Source of the DNA: Candidatus Omnitrophota bacterium
GTDB taxonomy: Bacteria; Omnitrophota; Gorgyraeia; Zapsychrales; Zapsychraceae
NCBI GenBank assembly: GCA_015233115.1
Contig: JADFYJ010000014.1
Span: forward strand, 11,028-75,027
Reading direction: 5' to 3'
DNA: 64,000 nucleotides
Below the pieces are notes generated by a model that saw only the letters and a list, made by a program, of their open reading frames with translations, did not search any database and had not been told where the DNA came from. Position numbers and translations under genes: made by a program. Position 1 is the first letter of the stretch; each line of letters opens with the position of its first letter. Positions 10,220 through 20,157 of the stretch are shown in pieces.

Positions 10220-10258
10220 CACCGCGCCGGAGGACCTACGATCCACCGACGCGGTGTT
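10218..10258. repeat. CCACCGCGTCGGTGG-family palindrome (family B), degenerate
   Basis: AACACCGCGCCGGAGGA..TCCACCGACGCGGTGTT; related copies at 14061-14098 and 58612-58668. Confidence 0.75.
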
Positions 10259-10281
10259 CCATGGGTTTATAGGGATTGATC

Positions 10282-12282
10282 ATGAAAAATAAATTACTTA
10301 AAATTATATTACTGGCCGGAGCCGTGATCCTTTTTTATGGGAACACTTTTACTTCGATATTTCATTTTGATGATCGTTTGTTTGTCGTTGAGAACAAAAA
10401 TATCCGAAACCTTATGGATATTAATGCCATATGGCATTCAGCGCCGCAGAATTCCCGGTTTGTCGCCAATTTTACCTTCGCGGTTAATTATGCTTTGGGT
10501 CAATTGAATGTGGTGGGTTATCACATCGTTAATATCCTGATCCACATGATCAACGGATTTTTAGTGTGGTGGTTGATTACGCTGCTGTTTAATACACCGG
10601 GGCTCAATAAACACAAATTGTTCAAATATAAAGATGGCATTGGATGGGTTGCGGGGATGTTGTTTATCGCCCACCCCTTGCAGACACAGGCTGTCACCTA
10701 TATTTGCCAAAGATACGCTTCCTTGGCTACGTTGTTTTACCTGTTAACAATGTGCTGGTATTTAAAAGCGCGGCTGAGCGGGCAGAAGAAATTTTTTGTG
10801 CTTTGTGTGGTCAGCGCACTCTTGGGGATGTTTACCAAGGAAATGACTATGACTTTGCCGCTTATGGTGATAATGACAGAATGGATGATGTTTGAGCATA
10901 AAAAGTGGGAATGGAAAAATACGGTTCTTTACGGATTGGTTTTATTTGGATTTTTCATGATTATTCCAGCCTTGATGAAGTTTAACTTTTTCTGGGCGAT
11001 TTTTGAGCCTAAACCATCATCGTCGCATAATTGGGATATGATTTTGCTGGAACCTTTTGTCATGACCCAGTTAAAAGTATGGGCGATTTTGTTGGGCAAG
11101 GTTTTTGTGCCCATTCACCAAAATGTGGATTATGATTTTCCGCTGGTCCATAATTTTTGGCAGATTGAGGTGTGGGGCAGTGCGGTGATATTGTCCGCTC
11201 TTTTAATATTCGCCGTTTTATATCGTCGTAAAAATCCTTTGGTCAGTTATGGAATTATGTGGTTTTTTGTGGCCATGAGCATAGAGATGGTGCCGCGGAT
11301 CTATGTCATTTTTGAACATAAAATGTATTTGCCATTTGCGGGTTTATGTATGGCTTTTACGGGATTGTGGCAGGATAAGGTGGAAGATGAAAAAATCCGT
11401 ATGATCATCATGACCGCGGTGATTGTCATTTTGGGTATGTTGACATTTCAACGTAACGCGGTTTGGAAAGATGATATTTCTTTGTGGTCTGATTCGGTTA
11501 AAAATTCCCCTCGTAAACCGACTCCCAATTATAATTTAGGCTGTGCTTATCAGCAAAAAGGCATGGCGAATGAGGCTCTTTATTATTTTAATCAGACGTT
11601 TCAATCGTATCGATATCATTATAAAAATTTAGTGAACCGGGCTTTGATTTTAGAAGACCGGGGAGATTTTAATGGAGCGCTGAATGATCTTAATCGGGCG
11701 ATTTTTTTACGGAGCGATTTGGCGGAAGCCTATAATAACCGCGGCGGGTTGATGGGGAAAATGAATAATTACGATCAGGCGTTGGCCAACCTTGATCGGG
11801 CGTTGAATCTTATGCCTAATTTTCCGGAAGCATATTATAACCGGGCTATGGTTTTTCAAAAGACCAATCGTTTGCCTGAGGCGGTCGTTGAACTCACCAA
11901 AGCAATAAATATAAACCCCAAATATGTCGGGGCTTATTTAAATCGGGGGAGTGTTTATTTGATGTTGCAAAAAACCGATGAGGCCTATCGGGATTTAAGC
12001 CGTGCTATTGAGCTATATCCTCAATACGCAGAAGCTTATTTAAACCGGGGAGCCGTTGAAGTTCAGATGGGTATGGCGGAACAAGCAGTACGCGATTTTA
12101 CCAAGGCACTTGAATATAAACCAGATTGGGGTATGGCGTACTATGACCGGTTTTTTATTTACCGTTCTATGAATCAGCTTGATAAAGCCCGGCAAGACGC
12201 GCGGTATATCATCGACGCGAATTTAGAATTGTCAGACAGCTCCAAACAAGAAATAAAAAAATTTTTAAATTATGCAAAATAA
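10282..12282 (+). CDS. TMTC-like GT-C/TPR membrane protein, paralog 2
   Basis: FHFDD, HPLQTQAV, EHKMYLP, TPR repeats; highly similar to both neighbours. Confidence 0.8.
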   Translation: MKNKLLKIILLAGAVILFYGNTFTSIFHFDDRLFVVENKNIRNLMDINAIWHSAPQNSRFVANFTFAVNYALGQLNVVGYHIVNILIHMINGFLVWWLITLLFNTPGLNKHKLFKYKDGIGWVAGMLFIAHPLQTQAVTYICQRYASLATLFYLLTMCWYLKARLSGQKKFFVLCVVSALLGMFTKEMTMTLPLMVIMTEWMMFEHKKWEWKNTVLYGLVLFGFFMIIPALMKFNFFWAIFEPKPSSSHNWDMILLEPFVMTQLKVWAILLGKVFVPIHQNVDYDFPLVHNFWQIEVWGSAVILSALLIFAVLYRRKNPLVSYGIMWFFVAMSIEMVPRIYVIFEHKMYLPFAGLCMAFTGLWQDKVEDEKIRMIIMTAVIVILGMLTFQRNAVWKDDISLWSDSVKNSPRKPTPNYNLGCAYQQKGMANEALYYFNQTFQSYRYHYKNLVNRALILEDRGDFNGALNDLNRAIFLRSDLAEAYNNRGGLMGKMNNYDQALANLDRALNLMPNFPEAYYNRAMVFQKTNRLPEAVVELTKAININPKYVGAYLNRGSVYLMLQKTDEAYRDLSRAIELYPQYAEAYLNRGAVEVQMGMAEQAVRDFTKALEYKPDWGMAYYDRFFIYRSMNQLDKARQDARYIIDANLELSDSSKQEIKKFLNYAK

Positions 12283-14080
12283 ATGGTTAAAAATTTTATT
12301 ATTGGCTGGTGTTGTTCTTCTTTGTTATTCCAATACTTTTCATGCTCCTTTCCAATATGACGATTATATTTTTGTCTCTGGTAATCCGAATATCCGCGAT
12401 TTAACAGATATTAAAGCGTTATGGCATTCTCAACCGCAATATTCCCGTTTTGTCGCCACTGTTAGCTTTGCTTTGAATTATCATTTTGGCAAGTTGAATG
12501 TGTTTGGTTATCATGTTGTCAATTTATTGATCCATCTGATGAATGGGCTGTTAGTGTGGTGGCTGATCAAACTATTGATGGCCACTCCCGGACTTAATAA
12601 TCATAAACTATCAAAATATAAAGACAATATAGGATGGGTGAGCGCACTTTTGTTCATTGCTCATCCCTTACAGACAGAGGCCGTGACTTATATTTGTCAA
12701 AGATATGCGTCCCTGGCAACCTTGTTTTATCTGCTGGCCATGGGTTGGTATTTAAAAGCACGGCTGAGCGGGCAGAAAAAATTTTTTGTTATGTGCGCGG
12801 TGAGTGCGCTGTTGGGTATGTTCACCAAAGAATTCACCATGACTTTGCCGGTCATGATCATAATGACGGAATGGATGATGTTTGAACATAAAAAATGGGA
12901 TTGGAAAAATACGGTTTTGTTCGGATTGGTGCTGTTAGGATTTTTAATGATTGTTCCTGCTTTGATGAGGTTTAATTTTTTCTGGGCCATTTTTGAGCCT
13001 AAGCCGTCATCGTCTCATATTTGGGATGTGATTACCTTGGTTCCTTATGTGATGACGCAATTGAAAGTGTGGGTGGTGCTGTTAGGAAAAGTCTTGATAC
13101 CGATCCATCAGAATTTGGATTATGATTTTCCGCTGGTCCATAATTTTGGCCAGATTGATGTCTGGGGCAGCGCGGTGATTTTATTGGGTCTTTTGATATT
13201 CGCCATTATATATTATCGGAAAAATCTTTTGGTCAGTTATGGGATTATGTGGTTTTTTGTGGCCATGAGCATTGAAATGGTGCCGCGGATTTATGTCATT
13301 TTTGAACACAAGATGTATTTGCCGTTGGCGGGTTTATGCATGGCGTTTACGAGTTTGTGGCAGGATAAGGTGGAAGATGACAAAGTGCGTATCATTATCA
13401 TGACTACGCTGATTGTGGCTTTTGGCTTTCTTACGTTTCAGCGCAACGCGGTTTGGAAAAGCACGTTATCTTTATGGGCGGATACTGTCAGCCATTCACC
13501 GGATAAACCTTCGGCTAATCATATGTTGGCTTATTCTTATATTGAGAGCGGTGATCTGGACACGGGCATGTTGTATCTGGAAAAAACCTTAAGTATTGAT
13601 CGGTTTTATTTTAAAGCGATTTATAACCGCGCGTTTGTGTATTTAGAACGGGGACAATTGGATAAAGCTTTAAAAGAATTGAATGAATGTCTTCGCTTGA
13701 GTCCGACATATTCCCGGGCCTATGTTAAGCGGGGATTGGCATATACGCAAATGGGAAATATTCCTAAAGCGTTGGAAGACTATGCCAAAGGGATGGAATT
13801 GGAACCTAGATTTTCCGGCGCGTATCTTAATCGGGGTGTGGCTTATTACAAAATCGGCGAATTTGATTTAGCGATTAAGGATTTTTCAAAAGCTATTGCT
13901 TTGGACCCGGATTTGGCCGGCGCGTATTTTAACCGGTTTTCTGCGTACAAATCTAAAGGGGAGACGCAGAAAGCGTTGAATGAGGTTTTATACATTACTA
14001 AAAATAATATGAAGCTAAACCCGGAACAAATTGCGGAAATGGAAAAATATTTAAAGGAAAACCTCCGCGTCGGTGGTTAG
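12272..14080 (+). CDS. TMTC-like GT-C/TPR membrane protein, paralog 3 (shorter TPR tail)
   Basis: FQYDD, HPLQTEAV, EHKMYLP, TPR repeats; long near-identical DNA blocks shared with paralog 2. Confidence 0.8.
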   Translation: MQNKWLKILLLAGVVLLCYSNTFHAPFQYDDYIFVSGNPNIRDLTDIKALWHSQPQYSRFVATVSFALNYHFGKLNVFGYHVVNLLIHLMNGLLVWWLIKLLMATPGLNNHKLSKYKDNIGWVSALLFIAHPLQTEAVTYICQRYASLATLFYLLAMGWYLKARLSGQKKFFVMCAVSALLGMFTKEFTMTLPVMIIMTEWMMFEHKKWDWKNTVLFGLVLLGFLMIVPALMRFNFFWAIFEPKPSSSHIWDVITLVPYVMTQLKVWVVLLGKVLIPIHQNLDYDFPLVHNFGQIDVWGSAVILLGLLIFAIIYYRKNLLVSYGIMWFFVAMSIEMVPRIYVIFEHKMYLPLAGLCMAFTSLWQDKVEDDKVRIIIMTTLIVAFGFLTFQRNAVWKSTLSLWADTVSHSPDKPSANHMLAYSYIESGDLDTGMLYLEKTLSIDRFYFKAIYNRAFVYLERGQLDKALKELNECLRLSPTYSRAYVKRGLAYTQMGNIPKALEDYAKGMELEPRFSGAYLNRGVAYYKIGEFDLAIKDFSKAIALDPDLAGAYFNRFSAYKSKGETQKALNEVLYITKNNMKLNPEQIAEMEKYLKENLRVGG

Positions 14081-14109
14081 GCCTCCGACGCGGTGTTCCT
14101 GGGTTGTTG

Positions 14110-14138
14110 TTGACTGCCCATACGTTTTGTGCTAGTTT
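14110..14138 (+). promoter_or_regulatory. Putative sigma70 promoter for yggS-proC
   Basis: TTGACT, 17 bp, TAGTTT with extended TG. Confidence 0.5.
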
Positions 14139-14163
14139 ATACGACAATGATTTTGGGTTTTAC

Positions 14164-14265
14164 GGTTGATAGTTGATGGTTTTTGGTTTTTGGAAAAAGC
14201 GAATAATTTCGATAACCAACAACCAGCAACCAGCAACCAACAACCAACAACCCATAACCATCAAC
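14164..14265 (+). repeat. Intergenic element with inverted heptamer arms (TGGTTNN / NNAACCA)
   Basis: Left GGTTGATAGTTGATGGTTTTTGGTTTTTGG, then AAAAAGCGAAT, right (AACCAAC/AACCAGC)n. Confidence 0.8.
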
Positions 14266-14276
14266 ATTTTGGTCAC

Positions 14277-14972
14277 ATGATTTCAGAAAATTTACAGAAA
14301 ATTCGGGGAGAAATTGCTGATATTTGCCGGCGGGCAGGCCGCAGGGCGGATGATATCATTTTGATCGGCGCATCGAAGTACGCTAACGCCGAGCAGATTA
14401 AAGAAGCCATTGCCGCAGGATTGGAATATATCGGTGAAAACCGGGTGCAGGACGCTTTAGAAAAATTCGCGGCATTTGACCGGCTGGGGATTAAAGTGCA
14501 GCGGCATATGATCGGCCATTTGCAAACCAATAAGGCGAAGCAGGCGGTTGAAAATTTTGATCTGATTCAATCAGTTGACAGCTTGAAGCTGGCGCAAGAA
14601 ATTGAAAAACACGCCTCCCGGATGAACAAGGTGATGGATATCCTTTTACAGATTAATACGTCGGGTGAGGAGCAAAAATTCGGCGCGGATACTCAAGATG
14701 TGTTTGATTTGGTTAAAGGAGCGGCGGATTTGCCTCATGTACGGATATTAGGGCTTATGACCATGGGGCCATTAGTGGAGACTGCGGACCGTGAATTGGC
14801 TCGTCGGTGTTTTAGGCAATTAAAGGAATTTTCAGATATGATTCGCCGGGAATTTTCAGATCATCCTAAAATAGAAATGAAATATCTTTCTATGGGGATG
14901 TCCGGCGATTACGATATGGCGCTGGAAGAAGGTGCTAATATGATTAGAATCGGGAGGGCTATATTCTTATGA
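14277..14972 (+). CDS. yggS: PLP homeostasis protein YggS
   Basis: IGASKY, IGENRVQD, HMIGHLQTNKAK, GLMTMG, LSMGMSGDY, IRIGRAIF; start moved to ATG 14277 because the upstream in-frame segment is a translated repeat. Confidence 0.95.
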   Translation: MISENLQKIRGEIADICRRAGRRADDIILIGASKYANAEQIKEAIAAGLEYIGENRVQDALEKFAAFDRLGIKVQRHMIGHLQTNKAKQAVENFDLIQSVDSLKLAQEIEKHASRMNKVMDILLQINTSGEEQKFGADTQDVFDLVKGAADLPHVRILGLMTMGPLVETADRELARRCFRQLKEFSDMIRREFSDHPKIEMKYLSMGMSGDYDMALEEGANMIRIGRAIFL

Positions 14973-15766
14973 GTAAAAAAATGACGGTAGGAATTATCGG
15001 CGGAGGAAATATGGGCACGGCTATCGCGGCAGGAATTTGGAACGCGTATGACGTCTATGTGTGTGAGAAAGATAAAAAGCGGGAGGCTTTATTACGGCGG
15101 AAATATTCGGTTAAGACCGTCGATATTGCCAGTTTGGTTAAGAATTGTAAAGTACTCGTCCTGGCCGTTAAACCGCAAAATATTGATGAGGTTTTGGATT
15201 TGATGAACGGAAGGGTTGGACAAGATAAAATTTTGATATCAGTCGTGGCTGGGATTACTTCGGCTTTTCTGGAAAAACGTTTGGGAGGAAAAGTGCGGGT
15301 CATCCGTGCTATGCCGAATTTGCCGGCGCAAATCCGAGAAGGAATTACGGGCATTTCCAAAGGACAACACGCAAAGCCGCATGATTTGAAAGTCGGCGCA
15401 TTGATTTTAGGGAATATCGGACAGACGGTGGTGGTTGATGAAAAATTAATTAACGCGATTACGGCTGTTTCGGGCAGTGGACCGGCTTATGTGTTTTTAT
15501 TTTTAGAAAACTTGGTGAATTCGGCTGTAGCGCTAGGGTTAAGTAAAGATATGAGTATGAAATTGTCCATGCAAACAATTAAAGGCAGTATCAGTTTAAT
15601 TGAAAAAACCAAACAATGCCCGTCGCTCTTGAGGGAGCAGGTGACCTCAAAAGGCGGAACCACTCAAGCTGCCCTGGATGTTTTTGCGGAACATCGTTTT
15701 GATAAAATATTTTGTTCAGCCGTAAAAGCCGCGGAAAAACGTGCGAAAGAATTGGCGAGAAATTAA
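14969..15766 (+). CDS. proC: Pyrroline-5-carboxylate reductase
   Basis: IGGGNMG, LAVKPQ, RAMPN, TAVSGSGPAY, VTSKGGTT; usual yggS-proC pairing. Confidence 0.96.
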   Translation: MSKKMTVGIIGGGNMGTAIAAGIWNAYDVYVCEKDKKREALLRRKYSVKTVDIASLVKNCKVLVLAVKPQNIDEVLDLMNGRVGQDKILISVVAGITSAFLEKRLGGKVRVIRAMPNLPAQIREGITGISKGQHAKPHDLKVGALILGNIGQTVVVDEKLINAITAVSGSGPAYVFLFLENLVNSAVALGLSKDMSMKLSMQTIKGSISLIEKTKQCPSLLREQVTSKGGTTQAALDVFAEHRFDKIFCSAVKAAEKRAKELARN

Positions 15767-15829
15767 CAAAACAGTATGTGGTATGTAGCATGTAGGATGT
15801 CGTGAAAAAACGATTAGCAATAAAAGCGC

Positions 15830-15872
15830 AAGGGGCGATTCCTGCCTACCGGCAGGCAGGCACGAATTGTCC
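15830..15872 (+). repeat. REP-like palindrome interrupted by the 20-bp palindrome CCTGCCTACCGGCAGGCAGG
   Basis: AGGGGCGATT[CCTGCCTACCGGCAGGCAGG]CACGAATTGTCC; second, inverted copy at 36952-36994. Confidence 0.75.
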
Positions 15873-15894
15873 GATAAGATACGGGAGAATTAAT

Positions 15895-16755
15895 ATGGCA
15901 AAAATCGGCATTATCGGCGGCAGTGGGTTATATCAGATTGAAGGCATTTCACAAGTCAAAGAAATTTCCGATGTTAACACCCCCTTTGGTAAAGCGTCGG
16001 ATTCTTTGTTCGCGGGAAAATTGGATGGGACGGATGTGGTTTTTTTGTCACGCCACGGCCGCGGGCATCGTATTTCTCCGTCGGAAATAAATTATCGTGC
16101 GAATATTTTTATGATGAAAAAGCTGGGAGTGGACGCGATTATTTCCGTATCCGCTTGCGGTAGTTTACGCGAAGAAATGAAGCCGTTGGATTTTGTGGTG
16201 CCAGACCAATTTGTGGATCGCACGCATCAGGCGCGGAAAATGACTTTTTTTGAGAATGGAATTGTCGCGCATGTTTCTTTGGCAGATCCGGTCAGTCCTG
16301 AATTAACTAAAATACTCATTGAAAGCTGCCGTTCTTTAGGACTAAATGTTCATCCCAAGGGAACGTATCTGAACATGGAAGGCCCGCAATTTTCGACCAA
16401 AGCGGAATCAAATTTATATCGTACCTGGGGCATGGATATTATCGGCATGACCACCATGTCAGAAGCCCGTTTAGCGAGAGAAGCAGAAATTTCTTACGCG
16501 ACTTTAGCCGCGGTGACGGATTATGACTGCTGGCATCCAGGCCATGATGCGGTGACTGTGGATATGATTATTGGTTATTTGATGAAAAACGCGGAAAACG
16601 CGAAGAGAATTTTGAAAACGGCGATTCCAAAGATTGGGCAGTTAAATAGTTTCAGCGCCCAAGACGCGCTAAAATTCGCCCTGATCACAGACAAAAAAGT
16701 CATACCGGAACAAATTAAAAAAGATTTGAATATATTGATTGAAAAATATATTTAG
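15895..16755 (+). CDS. mtnP: S-methyl-5'-thioadenosine phosphorylase
   Basis: KIGIIGGSG, RHGRGH, SACGSL, EGPQFSTKAES, VTDYDCWH; ATG 15895 preceded by GGGAG. Confidence 0.95.
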   Translation: MAKIGIIGGSGLYQIEGISQVKEISDVNTPFGKASDSLFAGKLDGTDVVFLSRHGRGHRISPSEINYRANIFMMKKLGVDAIISVSACGSLREEMKPLDFVVPDQFVDRTHQARKMTFFENGIVAHVSLADPVSPELTKILIESCRSLGLNVHPKGTYLNMEGPQFSTKAESNLYRTWGMDIIGMTTMSEARLAREAEISYATLAAVTDYDCWHPGHDAVTVDMIIGYLMKNAENAKRILKTAIPKIGQLNSFSAQDALKFALITDKKVIPEQIKKDLNILIEKYI

Positions 16756-16950
16756 TATGTAGTATGTGGTATGTGGTGAAAAAAAGCGATTGATGAACAG
16801 ACGTAATGGATTACAAAATAGATGCATGCCCGCGAAAGCGGGAATTTAAAAGAAAAAAATCTTTTGTTTTTTAACATTTCATTTTTCATATTTAACTTTT
16901 AACTTAATTTTTGTTTTTACTACATACGACATACTACGTACTACATACTA
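16753..16950 (+). repeat. Intergenic element with inverted heptamer arms (GTATGTN / NACATAC)
   Basis: Left arm starts in the mtnP stop codon; AAAAGCGATTGATG; internal CCCGCGAAAGCGGG hairpin; right arm 16918-16950. Confidence 0.85.
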
Positions 16951-16967
16951 TTAAAATTGGATAACAA

Positions 16968-19772
16968 ATGGATTACCAAAAAACATTAAATTTACCGAAC
17001 ACAAATTTTTCCATGAAAGCCGGGTTGGCTGAAAAAGAACCGGCTATGCTGGAAAAATGGAATAATGAACAGCTTTATCAGGAAATCAGAAAAAAATGCC
17101 AGGGCAAAAAGCCGTTTATTCTGCACGACGGGCCTCCGTATGCCAACGGCAATATTCATATCGGCCACGCTTTAAATAAAGTGCTGAAAGATATTATTGT
17201 TAAATACCGCACCATGCGGGATTTCGACGCGTTATATATTCCGGGATGGGATTGTCATGGTCTGCCGATTGAACATCAATTATTAAAAGAGATGAATAAA
17301 CATAAAGGCGAAGTGGATTGTGTGGATTTTCGGCATAAGGCCAATGAATACGCCATGAAATACGTTGGGATCCAGCGTGATCAATTTAAGCGTTTGGGTA
17401 TTTTCGGGCAATGGGATAATCCGTATTTGACCTTAAAACCTGATTATGAATATTGGATTTTAAATTCTTTGGCAAGGTTGAATAAAGACGGTTATATTTA
17501 CCGCGGGCTTAAACCAGTCAATTGGTGTTCGTCTTGTGAAACGGCTTTAGCGGAAGCGGAAGTGGAATATGAAAATCACACTTCTCCGTCAGTGTATGTT
17601 AAATTTTCCGTGAAAAATCCTGAGGCGATCGGGTTAAAGAACCAGAAGGTCAGTTTGCTTATTTGGACAACGACTCCGTGGACCTTGTTGGCGAATGTGG
17701 CTGTGGCCGTTCACGCGAAGTTTGATTATGTGGGGGCTAAAGTTGGTGATGAGATTTTAATTTTGGAAAAGAATTTATCCGCGTCAATTTTTGCCAAAGC
17801 GAAAATCGAAAATTTCCAGATTGAAAAAGAATTTAAAGGCCAGGATCTGACGGCTTTGAAATATGAACATCCATTCGGTGTTAAGACGAATTGCTGTGTG
17901 GTGACTGTTGATTATGTGACAAATGAAGACGGCACAGGTTTGGTGCATACGGCGCCGGGCCATGGGCAGGACGATTTTCAAACCGGGCTAAAATATAATT
18001 TAGATGTATTAATGCCGGTCGATGGACGAGGAATTTATACAAAAGAAGCCGGCGCTTTCGCGGGCCAACATGTATTCAAGGCGAATGAGCTGGTCATTAA
18101 AGATTTACAGGATCGGGGGCTTTTATTGTTAAAAGAAAATATTCCCCATTCATATCCGCATTGTTGGCGCTGTAAAAAGCCGATTATTTTCAGGGCGACC
18201 AAACAATGGTTTATGAATATTGAGCATAAAAATTTACGTCAACGTTTAAAAGATACGGTGATCAATCAGGTTCAATGGATTCCGGAAGCAGGCCGTGAAC
18301 GAATTTTAGGCATGGTCACTACGCGCCCGGACTGGTGTTTATCGAGGCAAAGAGTCTGGGGTGTTCCGATTCCTGATGTGGTATGTCAGTCATGCGGCGA
18401 GCATACTTTATTCACCGAAGTCATTGAAAAATTTAGAGATTTGGCTAAAGAAAAAGGTTCAGATGTGTGGTTTGAAAAAGATGTGCAAGAATTTCTGCCG
18501 CAAAATACTAAGTGCCCAAAGTGTTCTGGTATGGAATTTACTAAAGGGGTTGATATTTTGGATGTGTGGTTTGATTCAGGAGTTAGCCATCAGGCTGTGA
18601 TTAAAGGCATGATGGGCAAAGACATCCCGGCTGATCTTTATCTGGAAGGATCAGATCAGCATAGAGGCTGGTTTCAATCTTCCATCATTCCGGCTGTGGC
18701 TATGGAAGGCATTGCGCCATATAAGGCTGTTTTGACGCATGGTTTCGTAGTGGATGGAGAAGGTCGAAAAATGTCAAAATCTTTGGGAAATGTCATATCT
18801 CCGCTGGATATTATTAAGAATAGTGGAGCGGATGTTCTAAGGTTGTGGATCGCTTCAAGTTTATATAGTGATGATATACGCGCTTCAAAAGAGATTCTAG
18901 ACCGGTTAGTAGACGCGTACCGTAAGATCCGTAATACGCTTAGATATTTGTTAGGGAATCTGGATCAATTCAATCCGGATACTGATATCGTTCCGTATTC
19001 TCAGCTGTGTGATCTTGACCAATGGGCCTTAACCCGTCTTTATGCCATGATGAGCCGTATTCAGGCGCATTATGAATCGTATGAATTTTCAAAAGTGTAT
19101 CAGGAAATTTATCATTTTTGTAATGAGGATTTGTCATCTTTTTATCTTGACATTTTAAAGGACAGACTGTATATTTCATCCACTCGATCACTCGAGCGCA
19201 GGTCTGCTCAAACCGTTCTTTACCATATTTTAAATCATTTAATCCGCGCTATGGCTCCGATTTTGACTTTTACTTCTGAAGAAATTTTTAGTTCTATGCC
19301 TAAAAACGCGGAACTGAAAAATACCCAGAGTGTGCATTTGCTGAATTGGTTGAAACTGCCAGAAGAGTGGAAGAATGACGTGGCAAGCAAACGTTTTGAA
19401 ATATTAATCGCTTTACGCCCGTTTGTTCTTAAAGCGCTGGAAGATAAACGCCGGGAGAATATGATTGGCAGTCCGCTGGAAGCGAAAATTATTTTTAAAA
19501 CCGCCAGTGATCATGATTTTAATTATTTAACGAAGGAAGTTAAAGACCTTCCTCAAATGTTCATTGTGTCTCAAGTGTTGGTCGAGAAAACCGGTCAAGT
19601 TGAGAAAGCCTTGAGTGAACAATTTGCCCATACTGCTATTGAAATTCAAAAAGCTGACGGGAGTAAATGCAGTCGATGTTGGAATTACAGAACGGATGTT
19701 GGACAAAATCATGAGCATCCGGATTTGTGTAACCGGTGTAACACCATTGTAAAGGAGATAGTGAATGCCTAA
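16968..19772 (+). CDS. ileS: Isoleucyl-tRNA synthetase (type 1)
   Basis: LHDGPPYANG-HIGH, GWDCHGLP, WTTTPWT, WCLSRQR, KMSKS, C-terminal Zn finger. Confidence 0.98.
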   Translation: MDYQKTLNLPNTNFSMKAGLAEKEPAMLEKWNNEQLYQEIRKKCQGKKPFILHDGPPYANGNIHIGHALNKVLKDIIVKYRTMRDFDALYIPGWDCHGLPIEHQLLKEMNKHKGEVDCVDFRHKANEYAMKYVGIQRDQFKRLGIFGQWDNPYLTLKPDYEYWILNSLARLNKDGYIYRGLKPVNWCSSCETALAEAEVEYENHTSPSVYVKFSVKNPEAIGLKNQKVSLLIWTTTPWTLLANVAVAVHAKFDYVGAKVGDEILILEKNLSASIFAKAKIENFQIEKEFKGQDLTALKYEHPFGVKTNCCVVTVDYVTNEDGTGLVHTAPGHGQDDFQTGLKYNLDVLMPVDGRGIYTKEAGAFAGQHVFKANELVIKDLQDRGLLLLKENIPHSYPHCWRCKKPIIFRATKQWFMNIEHKNLRQRLKDTVINQVQWIPEAGRERILGMVTTRPDWCLSRQRVWGVPIPDVVCQSCGEHTLFTEVIEKFRDLAKEKGSDVWFEKDVQEFLPQNTKCPKCSGMEFTKGVDILDVWFDSGVSHQAVIKGMMGKDIPADLYLEGSDQHRGWFQSSIIPAVAMEGIAPYKAVLTHGFVVDGEGRKMSKSLGNVISPLDIIKNSGADVLRLWIASSLYSDDIRASKEILDRLVDAYRKIRNTLRYLLGNLDQFNPDTDIVPYSQLCDLDQWALTRLYAMMSRIQAHYESYEFSKVYQEIYHFCNEDLSSFYLDILKDRLYISSTRSLERRSAQTVLYHILNHLIRAMAPILTFTSEEIFSSMPKNAELKNTQSVHLLNWLKLPEEWKNDVASKRFEILIALRPFVLKALEDKRRENMIGSPLEAKIIFKTASDHDFNYLTKEVKDLPQMFIVSQVLVEKTGQVEKALSEQFAHTAIEIQKADGSKCSRCWNYRTDVGQNHEHPDLCNRCNTIVKEIVNA

Positions 19773-20157
19773 TAAAAATGTTGAAAAGATGGATCCGAAG
19801 AAAATGGCAGCATATAAGGATCTTCTTATAAAGATGAAAAATGAAATCCTTCACAATATCGATACGATGAATAAGGAAACTGGCGGAAATATGGCGGATT
19901 CAAAAGACGTTTCTGGACACGTGATGCATATGGCAGATGTGGCGACGGATATGTACGACCGTGAATTTGCTTTAGGTTTAGCCTCCAATGAACGTGATAT
20001 TCTGGTGAAGATTGAAGGGGCTTTAAAGCGTATTGAGAGCGGAACATTTGGTATTTGTATGGGGACAGGTAAACCTATTTCTCAGGCTCGTCTCAAAGCG
20101 ATCCCATATGTAGAGTATTGTCTTGAACATCAGGAAAAATTAGAGCAGGAAAAATGA
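19765..20157 (+). CDS. dksA: DksA/TraR family protein
   Basis: Coiled coil with HMADVATD tip, ALKRIESGTFGIC..ARLKAIP..C; located between ileS and lspA. Confidence 0.82.
   Translation: MPNKNVEKMDPKKMAAYKDLLIKMKNEILHNIDTMNKETGGNMADSKDVSGHVMHMADVATDMYDREFALGLASNERDILVKIEGALKRIESGTFGICMGTGKPISQARLKAIPYVEYCLEHQEKLEQEK

Noticed and set aside
14166-14276. N-terminal extensions of yggS (also mtnP 15802-15894, 21943-22155 and 53041-53094)
   Set aside because: These are in-frame translations of intergenic repeats (QQPATSNQQP, PAYRQAG, SHVTC); family homology begins at the downstream starts.
16806-16818. ATGGATTAC in the spacer matches the first 9 nt of ileS (possible target-site duplication)
   Set aside because: The match is short, the DNA is AT-rich, and the other elements show no comparable exact duplication.
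16756-16967. T-box riboswitch upstream of ileS
   Set aside because: No T-box consensus (GGTGGNACCGCG) or terminator/antiterminator; the gap is filled by the heptamer-arm element.
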